The notes under the pieces were generated by a model that was not told the origin of the DNA, searched no databases, and saw only the letters and a program-made list of their open reading frames with translations. Shown here piece after piece: positions 39,803 to 48,755 of a DNA stretch of 64,000 nt; positions within the stretch are counted from its first letter, which is position 1, and each line of letters starts with the position of its first letter. The stretch comes from an uncultured Eubacteriales bacterium (lineage in GTDB: Bacteria; Bacillota; Clostridia; RUG12999): assembly GCA_964592375.1 (NCBI GenBank), contig CAZQDP010000001.1, positions 12,751 to 76,750 of the forward strand. Direction: 5' to 3'. Made by a program: the position numbers and the translations under genes.

Positions 39803-40178
39803 TTTTTATTCGCTCCTTTCATTGTTAAGCTTCATTTTTTATATAAAAAAAGAGCTTTATCGCTTGGGACGATAAAACTCGTGGTGCCACCCAAATTTAG
39901 GAAAGCAGAATATACTTTCCCCTTTATACAGGTACGCAGGTATGGAAAACTCTCATAGCAGAGGTACGCAGTTTGGAGATTTCCTCACATCAATACCCTT
40001 TCCCATTTACGCAGGGATAAACGGCACAGGATACTCGGTATATACCTTTCCCCTTGCTCCTCACGGATCCATTCACATAAACTTCATGTGCCGACCTTAC
40101 ACCAACGCCAGCTCGCTGAGACATTTCGGGTCTATGCTACTCACTTCCGCTCTTCGGATTTCTTTGCAATATTCATTT
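39803..40178 (-). promoter_or_regulatory. T-box riboswitch leader of the trp operon
   Basis: On the minus strand: a -35 TTGACA (+ strand 40208..40213) and -10 TATAAT (40185..40190) separated by 17 nt. The conserved T-box sequence AAATTTGGGTGGCACCACGAG lies at + 39876..39898. It is followed by an 11-bp-stem terminator hairpin (+ 39852..39880) and a U-tract (+ 39845..39851), immediately upstream of trpE. Confidence 0.7.
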
Positions 40179-40451
40179 TAGATTATTATATTCCCACGAA
40201 GCGACTTTGTCAACTGTTTTTTTGAAAAAGGGTGTAATTTCTTTTTGAGTGGGAATAAAATATGCAAAAAAAGCAATATTTTAAGATATGATTAGAAAAT
40301 ACACAAACGAATAAATTATCATATAAAATAACCGATTATTCAAGCGAAAAATGCATGAAATAGGGATTGACACGGAATAATCAAAGTGATATGCTATTAT
40401 AATGCATTAAGCATTTTAGGATCATTGAAGAAAATCATTCGGGAGTAAAAA

Positions 40452-42185
40452 ATGTTAAAATTAGCAAAGTACTTAAAACCATTTTTGGCAGTGCTGTTCT
40501 TTACCATTGTACTATTGTACATTCAAGCGGTTTGTGACCTTGCGCTGCCCGATTATATGTCGGATATTGTGAATGACGGGATTGCAAGCAACAATACGCT
40601 TTTTATTTTTAAAGCCGGCTCTGTTATGCTGGCCATTGCACTTGTGAGTGCTGCTTCTACAGTCATTGTAGGCTATCTCTCCGCATATGTTGCGGCAGGG
40701 GTTGCCACAAACCTGCGCAGTGATATTTTTAAAAAAGTGGAGTATTTTGCAGGCAGCGAGTTTGATAAGTTTTCCACCGCTTCGCTCATTACCAGAACGA
40801 CAAATGACATTACACAAATTCAAAATCTAATTGTCATGCTCATTCGTATGGTTGTATATGCACCCATCCTTGGCATTGGCGGCATTATTAAAGCAGTGGA
40901 TAAAAGTATTTCCATGTCATGGATTATCGCTTTGGCAGTCATTACGCTCATTTGTCTTATCGGCATTGTGTTTTCAATCGCCCTGCCGAAGTTTCAATCT
41001 GTGCAAAAACTCATCGATAAGCTTAATCTCATTATTCGAGAAAACCTTTCAGGAATGCTTGTTATCAGAGCATTTAATACACAAAAATATGAAGAAAAGC
41101 GTTTCATCAAAGCCAACAGGGATCTCACGGACACCAATCTTTTTATCAATCGCCTCATGGTTGTGATGATGCCTGCTATGATGTTTATCATGAATGTAAC
41201 GGTGCTGATGATTCTTTGGGTGGGTGCCGATATGGTATCTGCATTTAAACTTGATGTGGGAGATATGATGGCATATATGCAATATTCCATCCAAATTATC
41301 ATGGCATTTTTAATGATGTCGGTGATGTTTATAATGCTTCCGAGAGCTTCCGTTTCTGCACAGCGTATTTCCGAGGTGCTAATGGTTGCGCCCACCATTT
41401 GTGATCCGCAAGAGCCAAAGCTTCTGGAGCAAGACTTTCAAGGCGTTGTAGAGTTTTCGGGAATAAGCTTTCGATATCCGGGTGCAGAGGAAAACGTGCT
41501 GGACAATATCAACTTTACAGCCAAACCGGGGCAGATTACCGCATTTATTGGCCCTACGGGCTCCGGGAAAACCACCCTCATCAATCTATTACCAAGATTC
41601 TATGATCCAACCGAAGGGAGCGTAAGGATAGACGGTATTGATATTCGTGAAATCGCACAAAAGCAGCTTCGTGAAAAAATCGGATATGTGCCCCAAAAGG
41701 GTGTTCTGTTTTCAGGAACTATAGAGAGTAATTTAAAATATGCAAACGAAAATGCTGACGAGCAAATGGTGCAAAAGATCGCGAAGGTGGCGCAGGCCAT
41801 GGATTTTATTGAGGCTAAAACAGACGGGTTTTTCAGTGAAATTGCGCAGGGTGGTGCCAATGTATCGGGCGGGCAAAAGCAAAGGCTTTCCATTGCAAGG
41901 GCACTGATGAAAAATGCAAAAATCAATATATTTGACGATAGCTTTTCCGCACTTGATTTCAAGACGGATTCCGCACTGCGCAGAGAGCTTAAAATCCATA
42001 CTGCAAACAGCACGATGATCATTGTAGCCCAAAGAATTAGTACCATTATGCATGCAGAGCAAATTATCGTACTGGATCAGGGACGAATTGTAGGCAAGGG
42101 AACCCATGAGCAATTACTTGAAAATTGTAGTGTATATCGTGAAATTGCGCTATCTCAGCTGTCAAAGGAGGAACTATCATCATGA
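40452..42185 (+). CDS. ABC exporter half-transporter (TM domain + ATPase), subunit 1
   Basis: It has six TM helices followed by Walker A GPTGSGKTT, the signature VSGGQKQRLSIARAL and the Walker B motif IFDDSFSALD. Confidence 0.85.
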   Translation: MLKLAKYLKPFLAVLFFTIVLLYIQAVCDLALPDYMSDIVNDGIASNNTLFIFKAGSVMLAIALVSAASTVIVGYLSAYVAAGVATNLRSDIFKKVEYFAGSEFDKFSTASLITRTTNDITQIQNLIVMLIRMVVYAPILGIGGIIKAVDKSISMSWIIALAVITLICLIGIVFSIALPKFQSVQKLIDKLNLIIRENLSGMLVIRAFNTQKYEEKRFIKANRDLTDTNLFINRLMVVMMPAMMFIMNVTVLMILWVGADMVSAFKLDVGDMMAYMQYSIQIIMAFLMMSVMFIMLPRASVSAQRISEVLMVAPTICDPQEPKLLEQDFQGVVEFSGISFRYPGAEENVLDNINFTAKPGQITAFIGPTGSGKTTLINLLPRFYDPTEGSVRIDGIDIREIAQKQLREKIGYVPQKGVLFSGTIESNLKYANENADEQMVQKIAKVAQAMDFIEAKTDGFFSEIAQGGANVSGGQKQRLSIARALMKNAKINIFDDSFSALDFKTDSALRRELKIHTANSTMIIVAQRISTIMHAEQIIVLDQGRIVGKGTHEQLLENCSVYREIALSQLSKEELSS

Positions 42186-44056
42186 GCGAGTTGAAGGAAT
42201 CCTCCAAGAATAGACCTTCCGGGGGACCCCCAATGGGGGGGCCTATGGGTGCCGGAATAGGCGCACCGCCTCAAAAGGCAAATGATTTTAAAGGCACGAT
42301 GTCAAAGCTTATCCAGTATTTACGCCCTTATCAAGGCAAAATGATGCTTGTATTTGTTTTTGCGATTAGCTCCACCATCTTTACCATCGTTGGACCTAAA
42401 ATGTTGGGAAAGGTAACGACTAAATTATTTGAAGGACTCATAGCATATTATACCAAGTCAGGACTGTTAACGGATTTTGGATATATTCGCACGATGCTGC
42501 TCATTCTTTTGGGGCTCTATGTACTCTCGCTTATTTTTGGATATATTCAGGGCTATATCATGTCTGCCGTATCCATGGAGGTCACCTACAAATTGAGGCA
42601 GAACATCTCTGAAAAAATCAACCGTATGCCACTGAAATATTTTGACACCAACACCCATGGCGAGGTACAGTCCAAGGTGACCAATGATGTAGATACCATC
42701 AGCCAAACGCTCAACCAAAGTCTTTCCCAAATTATCACGTCGGTGACCAGTGTGCTTGGCGTATTGGTGATGATGCTATCCATTAGCTGGCTGATGACAT
42801 TGGCGTCATTGTTAATTATTCCCATGTCCAGCATGCTCGTGATGGTTGTGGTGAAAAAGTCTCAAATTCACTTTAAAAATATGCAGGAATACATGGGGAA
42901 TATCAATGGGCATGTGGAGGAAATGTATTCAGGTCATTTGGTGGTTAAGGCCTTTAATGGAGAACAGAAGTCAATATTGAAATTTGAAGAATATAATAAG
43001 AGTATGAAAAACTCGGTACTTCAAAGCCAGTTTCTATCGGGTATGATGATGCCGATTATGAACTTTATGGGCAATATCAGCTATGTTGTGGTATGTATTT
43101 TGGGCGGGTATCTTGCAGTCAACGGAAACCTGAATGTGGGTGATATTCAATCATTTATACAGTATGTGCGTTCCTTTACCCAGCCCATCATCCAGCTTGC
43201 AACGATTTCCAATACACTTCAGTCTACAGCAGCGGCGGCGGAGAGAGTATTTCAGTTTTTAGATGAAGAAGAGGAAGTTCCTGATCCTATCAACTCTGTT
43301 ACGCCAGAGAAAGTGGTAGGAGATATTGAATTTAAAAATGTAAGATTTGGATATAGCGAGGATAAAATAATCATTGGGGATTTTTCAGAGCATGTTTCCG
43401 CCGGTGAGCGTGTTGCTATCGTTGGGCCGACAGGGGCCGGTAAGACAACAATGATTAAGCTTCTCATGCGGTTTTATGATATAAACAGTGGCCAGATTAT
43501 CATTGATGGTCACGATATTAGGGAATTTACCAGAAACGACCTTCGAAGTATGTTCGGTATGGTGCTACAAGATACATGGCTCTATAATGGGTCCATCATG
43601 GACAATATACGATATGGCAGGGTAGATGCCTCGGATGAAGAGGTAATAGAAGCTGCCATTGCCGCACATGCAGATGGATTTATTCGCGCCCTGCCGGGTG
43701 GATATAGTATGGAGCTCAACGAGGAAGCCAGCAATATCTCCCAGGGACAGAAGCAGCTACTCACCATTGCAAGAGCCATTTTGGCAGATCCGCAAATACT
43801 TATATTGGATGAAGCCACAAGCTCGGTGGATACCAGAACCGAGGTTTTAATCCAAAAGGCAATGGAAAAGCTCATGGTAGGAAGGACCAGTTTTGTCATT
43901 GCGCACAGATTGTCTACCATTCGAGATGCAGATATTATTTTGGTTATGAAAGATGGCGATGTCATAGAGCAAGGCAGTCATACAGAGCTTATTGCAGCAA
44001 AAGGATTTTACGCCGGACTGTACAACAGCCAGTTTGATACAGGGGTGGATGAATAA
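42182..44056 (+). CDS. ABC exporter half-transporter, subunit 2 of a heterodimer, with a Gly/Pro-rich N-terminal extension
   Basis: It has Walker A GPTGAGKTT, the signature ISQGQKQLLTIARAI and the Walker B motif ILILDEATS. Its start overlaps the subunit 1 stop. Confidence 0.85.
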   Translation: MSELKESSKNRPSGGPPMGGPMGAGIGAPPQKANDFKGTMSKLIQYLRPYQGKMMLVFVFAISSTIFTIVGPKMLGKVTTKLFEGLIAYYTKSGLLTDFGYIRTMLLILLGLYVLSLIFGYIQGYIMSAVSMEVTYKLRQNISEKINRMPLKYFDTNTHGEVQSKVTNDVDTISQTLNQSLSQIITSVTSVLGVLVMMLSISWLMTLASLLIIPMSSMLVMVVVKKSQIHFKNMQEYMGNINGHVEEMYSGHLVVKAFNGEQKSILKFEEYNKSMKNSVLQSQFLSGMMMPIMNFMGNISYVVVCILGGYLAVNGNLNVGDIQSFIQYVRSFTQPIIQLATISNTLQSTAAAAERVFQFLDEEEEVPDPINSVTPEKVVGDIEFKNVRFGYSEDKIIIGDFSEHVSAGERVAIVGPTGAGKTTMIKLLMRFYDINSGQIIIDGHDIREFTRNDLRSMFGMVLQDTWLYNGSIMDNIRYGRVDASDEEVIEAAIAAHADGFIRALPGGYSMELNEEASNISQGQKQLLTIARAILADPQILILDEATSSVDTRTEVLIQKAMEKLMVGRTSFVIAHRLSTIRDADIILVMKDGDVIEQGSHTELIAAKGFYAGLYNSQFDTGVDE

Positions 44057-44105
44057 GCGTTCAAATTGCAAACAAAAATGAATGATGTTGGAAGGAAGGA
44101 TCAAT

Positions 44106-44735
44106 ATGAACAAGGCCACGAAGGTGATGACGGTGATTTTTGCAGTAATCATCATTGTAGGAGGAGCATTTGCCTGGTATTTTTACAATCAGGAAACCTC
44201 TTTCTTCTTTACGGATAATGCACAGATAACGGCGAAGACCATTACAATTACTCCCACTGGCACAGGTAAGCTGGTGAAGTGGGATGTCTCAGAAGGCGAC
44301 TATGTGGATAAGGATGAGGTTTTGGGTCGTCAAAACAATACCGCGTATATCAAAACGCCCATCGCCGGCGAAGTTGTGCGCTCCAATGTGGTGATAGATC
44401 AAGTGGTGGCACCCGGAACGGAGCTTGCCATTGTGGCAGATGTAGCCAATATGTACGTCAAGGCAAATATCGAGGAAACCGACATTGCGGCCATTTCCGA
44501 AAACCAGATCGTGGATGTGAGTATTGATGCATACCCCGGAGTGAAATTTGAAGGGTATGTAGAAGAGATCAATATGGCAACCCATCAAGCGTTTACCGGC
44601 TCAATGAATATGAATACCAGCGGTACATATACAAAGGTGACACAGCTTATTCCGGTGAAAATTCTACTGACCAATGCGAAGGATTATTCCTTTCGCCTTG
44701 GCATGAATGCGACGGTTAAAATTCACTTGAAATAA
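44106..44735 (+). CDS. Short HlyD-family / membrane-fusion-like adaptor protein
   Basis: It has an N-terminal TM helix, then biotin-lipoyl-like and beta-barrel segments (IKTPIAGEV...). The ORF is open from 44082. Confidence 0.55.
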   Translation: MNKATKVMTVIFAVIIIVGGAFAWYFYNQETSFFFTDNAQITAKTITITPTGTGKLVKWDVSEGDYVDKDEVLGRQNNTAYIKTPIAGEVVRSNVVIDQVVAPGTELAIVADVANMYVKANIEETDIAAISENQIVDVSIDAYPGVKFEGYVEEINMATHQAFTGSMNMNTSGTYTKVTQLIPVKILLTNAKDYSFRLGMNATVKIHLK

Positions 44736-44795
44736 ATGCATTATGCTACAAATATCATGCGGTGCATACGAAACATGAATTAAATAATAAAAAAA

Positions 44796-44824
44796 GCTTG
44801 CATTTTATGAAAAGCTGTATTATA
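44796..44824 (+). promoter_or_regulatory. Sigma-A-type promoter for tRNA-Glu (TTGCAT, 17 nt spacer, TATAAT)
   Basis: Read directly from the sequence about 18 nt upstream of the tRNA. Confidence 0.5.
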
Positions 44825-44841
44825 ATGTTCGTGTTGCACAG

Positions 44842-44917
44842 GGCCCTATCGTCTAGTGGTTAGGACACCGCCCTCTCACGGCGGCAACAGGGGTTCGAGT
44901 CCCCTTAGGGTCACCAA
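44842..44917 (+). tRNA. tRNA-Glu (anticodon CUC)
   Basis: It folds into a cloverleaf by hand: a 7-bp acceptor stem with one G-U pair, a D arm, an anticodon stem CCGCC/GGCGG with loop CUCUCAC, a T arm GGTTCGAGTCC and an encoded CCA. Confidence 0.85.
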
Positions 44918-44920
44918 AAA

Positions 44921-44960
44921 GACCACCATCTATTGATAAAAATAGATGGTGGTTTTTGTT
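44921..44960 (+). terminator. Rho-independent terminator after the tRNA
   Basis: The hairpin GACCACCATCTATT...AATAGATGGTGGT is followed by TTTTTGTTTG. Confidence 0.7.
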
Positions 44961-45122
44961 TGAAATTGCCGCCTTTGTTATACCATATTTCCGGGAACAC
45001 ATCATGATAGATTGACACATCTTAAAATATCCTTCAAATATTTCCAATATAATATTCTGTTCCACTTGAATTTTTTAATGCGTTGTGTTATATTATGTAT
45101 GTAGAAAGGGAAGGTGATACAA

Positions 45123-45443
45123 GTGGTTTATTCAATAAACGAAATCAGAGAAAAGGTTGCGCCTGTCGCGGCTAAGTATGAGCTATCTGCTGTGTATCTC
45201 TTTGGCTCTTATGCACGAAATGAAGCAACCGAAAAAAGCGATATTGATATTTTAATCGATCGTAGAGGGGCTAAAATTTCAGGTCTTTTTCAAATGGGTG
45301 GATTATATAACGATTTGTGCGAATGTTTTGGCAAAGAAGTTGATTTGGTCACAACAGGAGCGTTGGAGCAAGCAACAACAAAAAGGCGTACACCGTGGTT
45401 TGCTGATTGTATTGAAAAGGAGAAGCTTAAAATATATGGATAA
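45123..45443 (+). CDS. Nucleotidyltransferase (MNT/MntA-type antitoxin) of a HEPN/MNT toxin-antitoxin module
   Basis: It has the minimal nucleotidyltransferase motif LFGSYARNEATEKSDIDIL. A GTG start at 45123 follows the RBS AAAGGGAAGG. Confidence 0.75.
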   Translation: MVYSINEIREKVAPVAAKYELSAVYLFGSYARNEATEKSDIDILIDRRGAKISGLFQMGGLYNDLCECFGKEVDLVTTGALEQATTKRRTPWFADCIEKEKLKIYG

Positions 45444-45786
45444 AAGAGATTTAGGGATTATCCATCACATCAAAAGCTACTGCGAGGATATTGCAGAGTA
45501 TATTGACAGGTTTGGCAGTGATTATCATGTTTTCATCAGTGATTCTGCCTATTATAACGCTGTTTGCATGTGCGTTTTGCAAATTGGTGAGTTGTCGAAT
45601 AAATTGTCCGACGGTTTTCGTGAAGAAACGAAGAATAAAATGCCGTGGGACATGATTCGTGGTATGAGAAATATGCTCGCCCATGTTTACGACCAAATGG
45701 ATGATGCGATTTTATGGGAAACAGCAAAAAACGACATTCCAAAAGTATTAGAATTCTGCAACGAAATGACAGCACATCAAGCATAA
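45436..45786 (+). CDS. HEPN-domain (HepT/DUF86) toxin
   Basis: It has the RNMLAHVY Rx4-6H HEPN motif and overlaps the MNT stop by 8 nt, as is typical of HepT/MntA pairs. Confidence 0.75.
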   Translation: MDKRDLGIIHHIKSYCEDIAEYIDRFGSDYHVFISDSAYYNAVCMCVLQIGELSNKLSDGFREETKNKMPWDMIRGMRNMLAHVYDQMDDAILWETAKNDIPKVLEFCNEMTAHQA

Positions 45787-46087
45787 GATCTGCTGTGCAA
45801 ATATTCTAGTGGTTACGCCGAAGCGGATTAGTTCGGCTTTGGAATGGCTTTGCTCAGCACACAAGGAACGACAAATTCCGAAAGGAAATTGTCGTTCCTT
45901 GTGTTACTACCCACTCTTCATTTATTATTCTACATTTAAATTCATCCCATTATTTTAATTTAAAAAGCCCGAAAAGTATCAAAAAATCACTTTAAGCCGT
46001 TTTTGTATTGACAAAAACAACGTATATAATATATAATATGAAATTAAGCTGTTATCAATACAGCCCGCCGGAGAAAGGGATGGTTAT

Positions 46088-46762
46088 TTGATGCATCAAG
46101 GGCACAGAGAACGTGTTAGACAAAGATTTTTAAGAGAATCTTTATCATCCTTTGCGCCGCATGAACTGATGGAGTTTCTGCTATTTTATGCCATACCAAG
46201 AAGGGACACCAATGAATTGGCACACAGGCTGATGAAGACCTTTGGCTCGTTGTCTTCCGTGTTTAACGCAGGGGTATCGGAGCTGATGAAGGTAGAAGGA
46301 ATGGGGCGGAATGCTGCTATTCTGATATCAATGATTCCACAGCTTTCCCAGCGATATTTGTCGGATACCAAAGGTAGTCGGCCTTTTATTATGGACTCCA
46401 CTGCGGCGGGCGAATTTTCCTTATCTCTCATGTGTGGAAGAATTTACGAGGTCTTTTTTGTTGTATGTATGGACAAGCAGCGTAGAGTTTTATATACGGA
46501 GCTGATATGCGAGGGGACAATTGATGAAACACCTGCATATCCGCGGCTGATTATCGAATCGGTGCTGAGGCATAAAGCACATTCTGTCATTTTGGTGCAC
46601 AATCATCCCAGTGGCGGGTTGCAACCCTCTGCAAATGATGTGAATGTAACCAAAAGAATTGTGACAGTGTTAGAATCGATGGATATCAGTGTCGTCGATC
46701 ATATCATTGTGGCAGATGGGAAATTTACCAGCATGTCCGATCGGGGACTCATGCCGAATTAA
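46088..46762 (+). CDS. radC: RadC-family (JAMM/MPN) protein
   Basis: It has a helix-hairpin-helix N-terminus and the JAMM motif HNHPSG near the C-terminus. Confidence 0.85.
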   Translation: MMHQGHRERVRQRFLRESLSSFAPHELMEFLLFYAIPRRDTNELAHRLMKTFGSLSSVFNAGVSELMKVEGMGRNAAILISMIPQLSQRYLSDTKGSRPFIMDSTAAGEFSLSLMCGRIYEVFFVVCMDKQRRVLYTELICEGTIDETPAYPRLIIESVLRHKAHSVILVHNHPSGGLQPSANDVNVTKRIVTVLESMDISVVDHIIVADGKFTSMSDRGLMPN

Positions 46763-46771
46763 GCGAATAGG

Positions 46772-47248
46772 ATGATTGATGTGATTTATTATATTTTATT
46801 GTTTATAGCACTTTTAGGCACTGACATTGGTGCGAAATACATGGTCACCTCTGCAATGCAAGAGGGGCAGAGCATTGCACTTTGGAGAGATGTTTTCCAT
46901 ATTACCTATGTTCGAAATAGTGGTGCGGCGTTCGGAATTTTTGATAATAATGCATTTGCACTTGGTATTGTTTCGGTGCTCATTATGGTCATTATTTTAT
47001 TATATCTTATCATTCAGAAACCCAAAAGTCAGCTCCTCATCAGCGCCCTTGTAGTGATCATGGCCGGGGGACTTGGCAATGCGCTAGACAGATTTCGATT
47101 TTCCTATGTTATTGATTTTTTTGATTTTAAGCTTATTCATTTTGCAGTCTTCAATACTGCAGATACATTTGTAGTATGTGGTACAGCACTTATCATGCTG
47201 TATGTGCTGTTTTGGGAAGGGAAGAGGAAGGATGAAGCTCATTGCTAA
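46772..47248 (+). CDS. lspA: Lipoprotein signal peptidase (signal peptidase II)
   Basis: It has the NSGAAFG, GNALDR and FNTAD motifs and four TM helices. Confidence 0.8.
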   Translation: MIDVIYYILLFIALLGTDIGAKYMVTSAMQEGQSIALWRDVFHITYVRNSGAAFGIFDNNAFALGIVSVLIMVIILLYLIIQKPKSQLLISALVVIMAGGLGNALDRFRFSYVIDFFDFKLIHFAVFNTADTFVVCGTALIMLYVLFWEGKRKDEAHC

Positions 47249-48134
47249 TTCCAGTGGACAGAGGGTAGATTGTTTTGTTGTAGATGCTACGCATATCACC
47301 CGATCGTATTTGTCCAAAATTATCGAAGGTGGAGGCTTGTTTATCAATGGAGGAAAAGCAAAGGCCTCATATCGGCTAAAAGATGGCGACGAGATTGACA
47401 TTGAAATCCCCGAGCCCACGCCTCTTGCAGTTTGTGCGCAGAAGATAGAACTTGAAATTGTATATGAAGATAAGGAACTTTTGGTCGTCAACAAAGCGCA
47501 AGGCATGGTGGTGCACCCGGCCGCCGGACATCATGAAGGAACTCTTGTGAACGCACTAATGCATCACTGTCCCGATGAACTATCCGGAATAAATGGAATT
47601 ATGCGGCCGGGCATTGTTCATCGAATAGATAAAGATACAAGCGGTCTTCTTTTGGTCGCCAAAACAAATAAAGCGCATCTTGGACTCGCGGCTCAACTGA
47701 AAGAGCATAGTCTCAAAAGAGAATACCTGGCACTTGTGCATGGCGGTTTTTCGGTAGATTCAGGAAAGATTGATGCACCAATCGGGCGAAATCCAAAGGA
47801 TAGAAAGAAAATGTGTGTCACAAGTATCAATGCAAAAAGTGCGGTAACAAATTATAAGATAATTGAGGCACTCGGGGCATATACCCTGATAAGCTGTCGG
47901 TTGCAAACGGGGCGTACGCACCAAATCAGAGTGCATATGAGCCATATTGGCCATCCGGTGGCAGGGGACAAGGTCTATGGGGCAAAAAAAGAAAAATTTG
48001 AAACCAATGGGCAGCTACTGCACGCAGAACGAATCGGATTTATACACCCCACAACCGGGGAATACTTAGCGTTTTCTTCGCCGCTACCTGAATACTTTGA
48101 AAAGGTTCTAAGGCAGCTGCGCATGAATATATAG
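47232..48134 (+). CDS. rluD: RluA-family 23S rRNA pseudouridine synthase (RluD-like)
   Basis: It has an S4 domain and the HRIDKDTSGLLLVAK catalytic motif. The start at 47232 overlaps the lspA end. Confidence 0.85.
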   Translation: MKLIANSSGQRVDCFVVDATHITRSYLSKIIEGGGLFINGGKAKASYRLKDGDEIDIEIPEPTPLAVCAQKIELEIVYEDKELLVVNKAQGMVVHPAAGHHEGTLVNALMHHCPDELSGINGIMRPGIVHRIDKDTSGLLLVAKTNKAHLGLAAQLKEHSLKREYLALVHGGFSVDSGKIDAPIGRNPKDRKKMCVTSINAKSAVTNYKIIEALGAYTLISCRLQTGRTHQIRVHMSHIGHPVAGDKVYGAKKEKFETNGQLLHAERIGFIHPTTGEYLAFSSPLPEYFEKVLRQLRMNI

Positions 48135-48162
48135 CAATAACCTGAAGAAGAGGAGGCAAGAG

Positions 48163-48726
48163 TTGATGAGCTCTTTCGAGGTGAGAATGAACAAGATAAT
48201 GGACAGTGATGGTATAAATAGAGCCATTACCCGTCTTTGTGTTGAGATCATTGAAAAGAATAAAGGTCTTGACAATCTGTATTTGATCGGTATCCAGCGA
48301 AGAGGCGTTGCTTTGGCAGAGCGAATTGCGGATAAAATGATGGAAATGGAAAAAATGAGACCAAAGGTAGGCGTTCTTGACATTACCTTTTATCGGGATG
48401 ATCTTAGTGTTTTAAGTGAACATCCACTGATTAATGATACGAGCATCGACTTTCCATTTGATGGCGCAAAGCTTGTGATTGTGGATGATGTACTATTTAC
48501 CGGCAGAACGGTAAGGGCAGCCATTGAGGCGATTATGGAAATGGGTAGACCAAGTCAAATTCAGCTTGCAATTTTGGTAGACAGAGGTCATAGAGAACTA
48601 CCAATTCGTGCAGATTATGTGGGCAAGAATGTACCAACCTCTACGCGAGAAATCATAGAGGTGCATGTTCAAGAAATAGACGGACAAGATGGTGTGGTTA
48701 TTAAAGAATATTCATCTGATACATAA
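48163..48726 (+). CDS. pyrR: Bifunctional pyrimidine operon regulator / uracil phosphoribosyltransferase
   Basis: It has the PRPP-binding motif VIVDDVLFTGRTVRAA and is 187 aa. Confidence 0.9.
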   Translation: MMSSFEVRMNKIMDSDGINRAITRLCVEIIEKNKGLDNLYLIGIQRRGVALAERIADKMMEMEKMRPKVGVLDITFYRDDLSVLSEHPLINDTSIDFPFDGAKLVIVDDVLFTGRTVRAAIEAIMEMGRPSQIQLAILVDRGHRELPIRADYVGKNVPTSTREIIEVHVQEIDGQDGVVIKEYSSDT

Positions 48727-48755
48727 GTGCAGACGAAATTAGAGGAGTGCAAAAC

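Noticed and set aside
39942-40181. A 79 aa + strand ORF
   Set aside because: It lies entirely inside the minus-strand T-box leader of the trp operon, between its promoter and the T-box/terminator. It has no RBS and is best explained as non-coding leader sequence.
44853-45065. A 70 aa minus-strand ORF
   Set aside because: It overlaps tRNA-Glu and its terminator on the opposite strand, so it is spurious.
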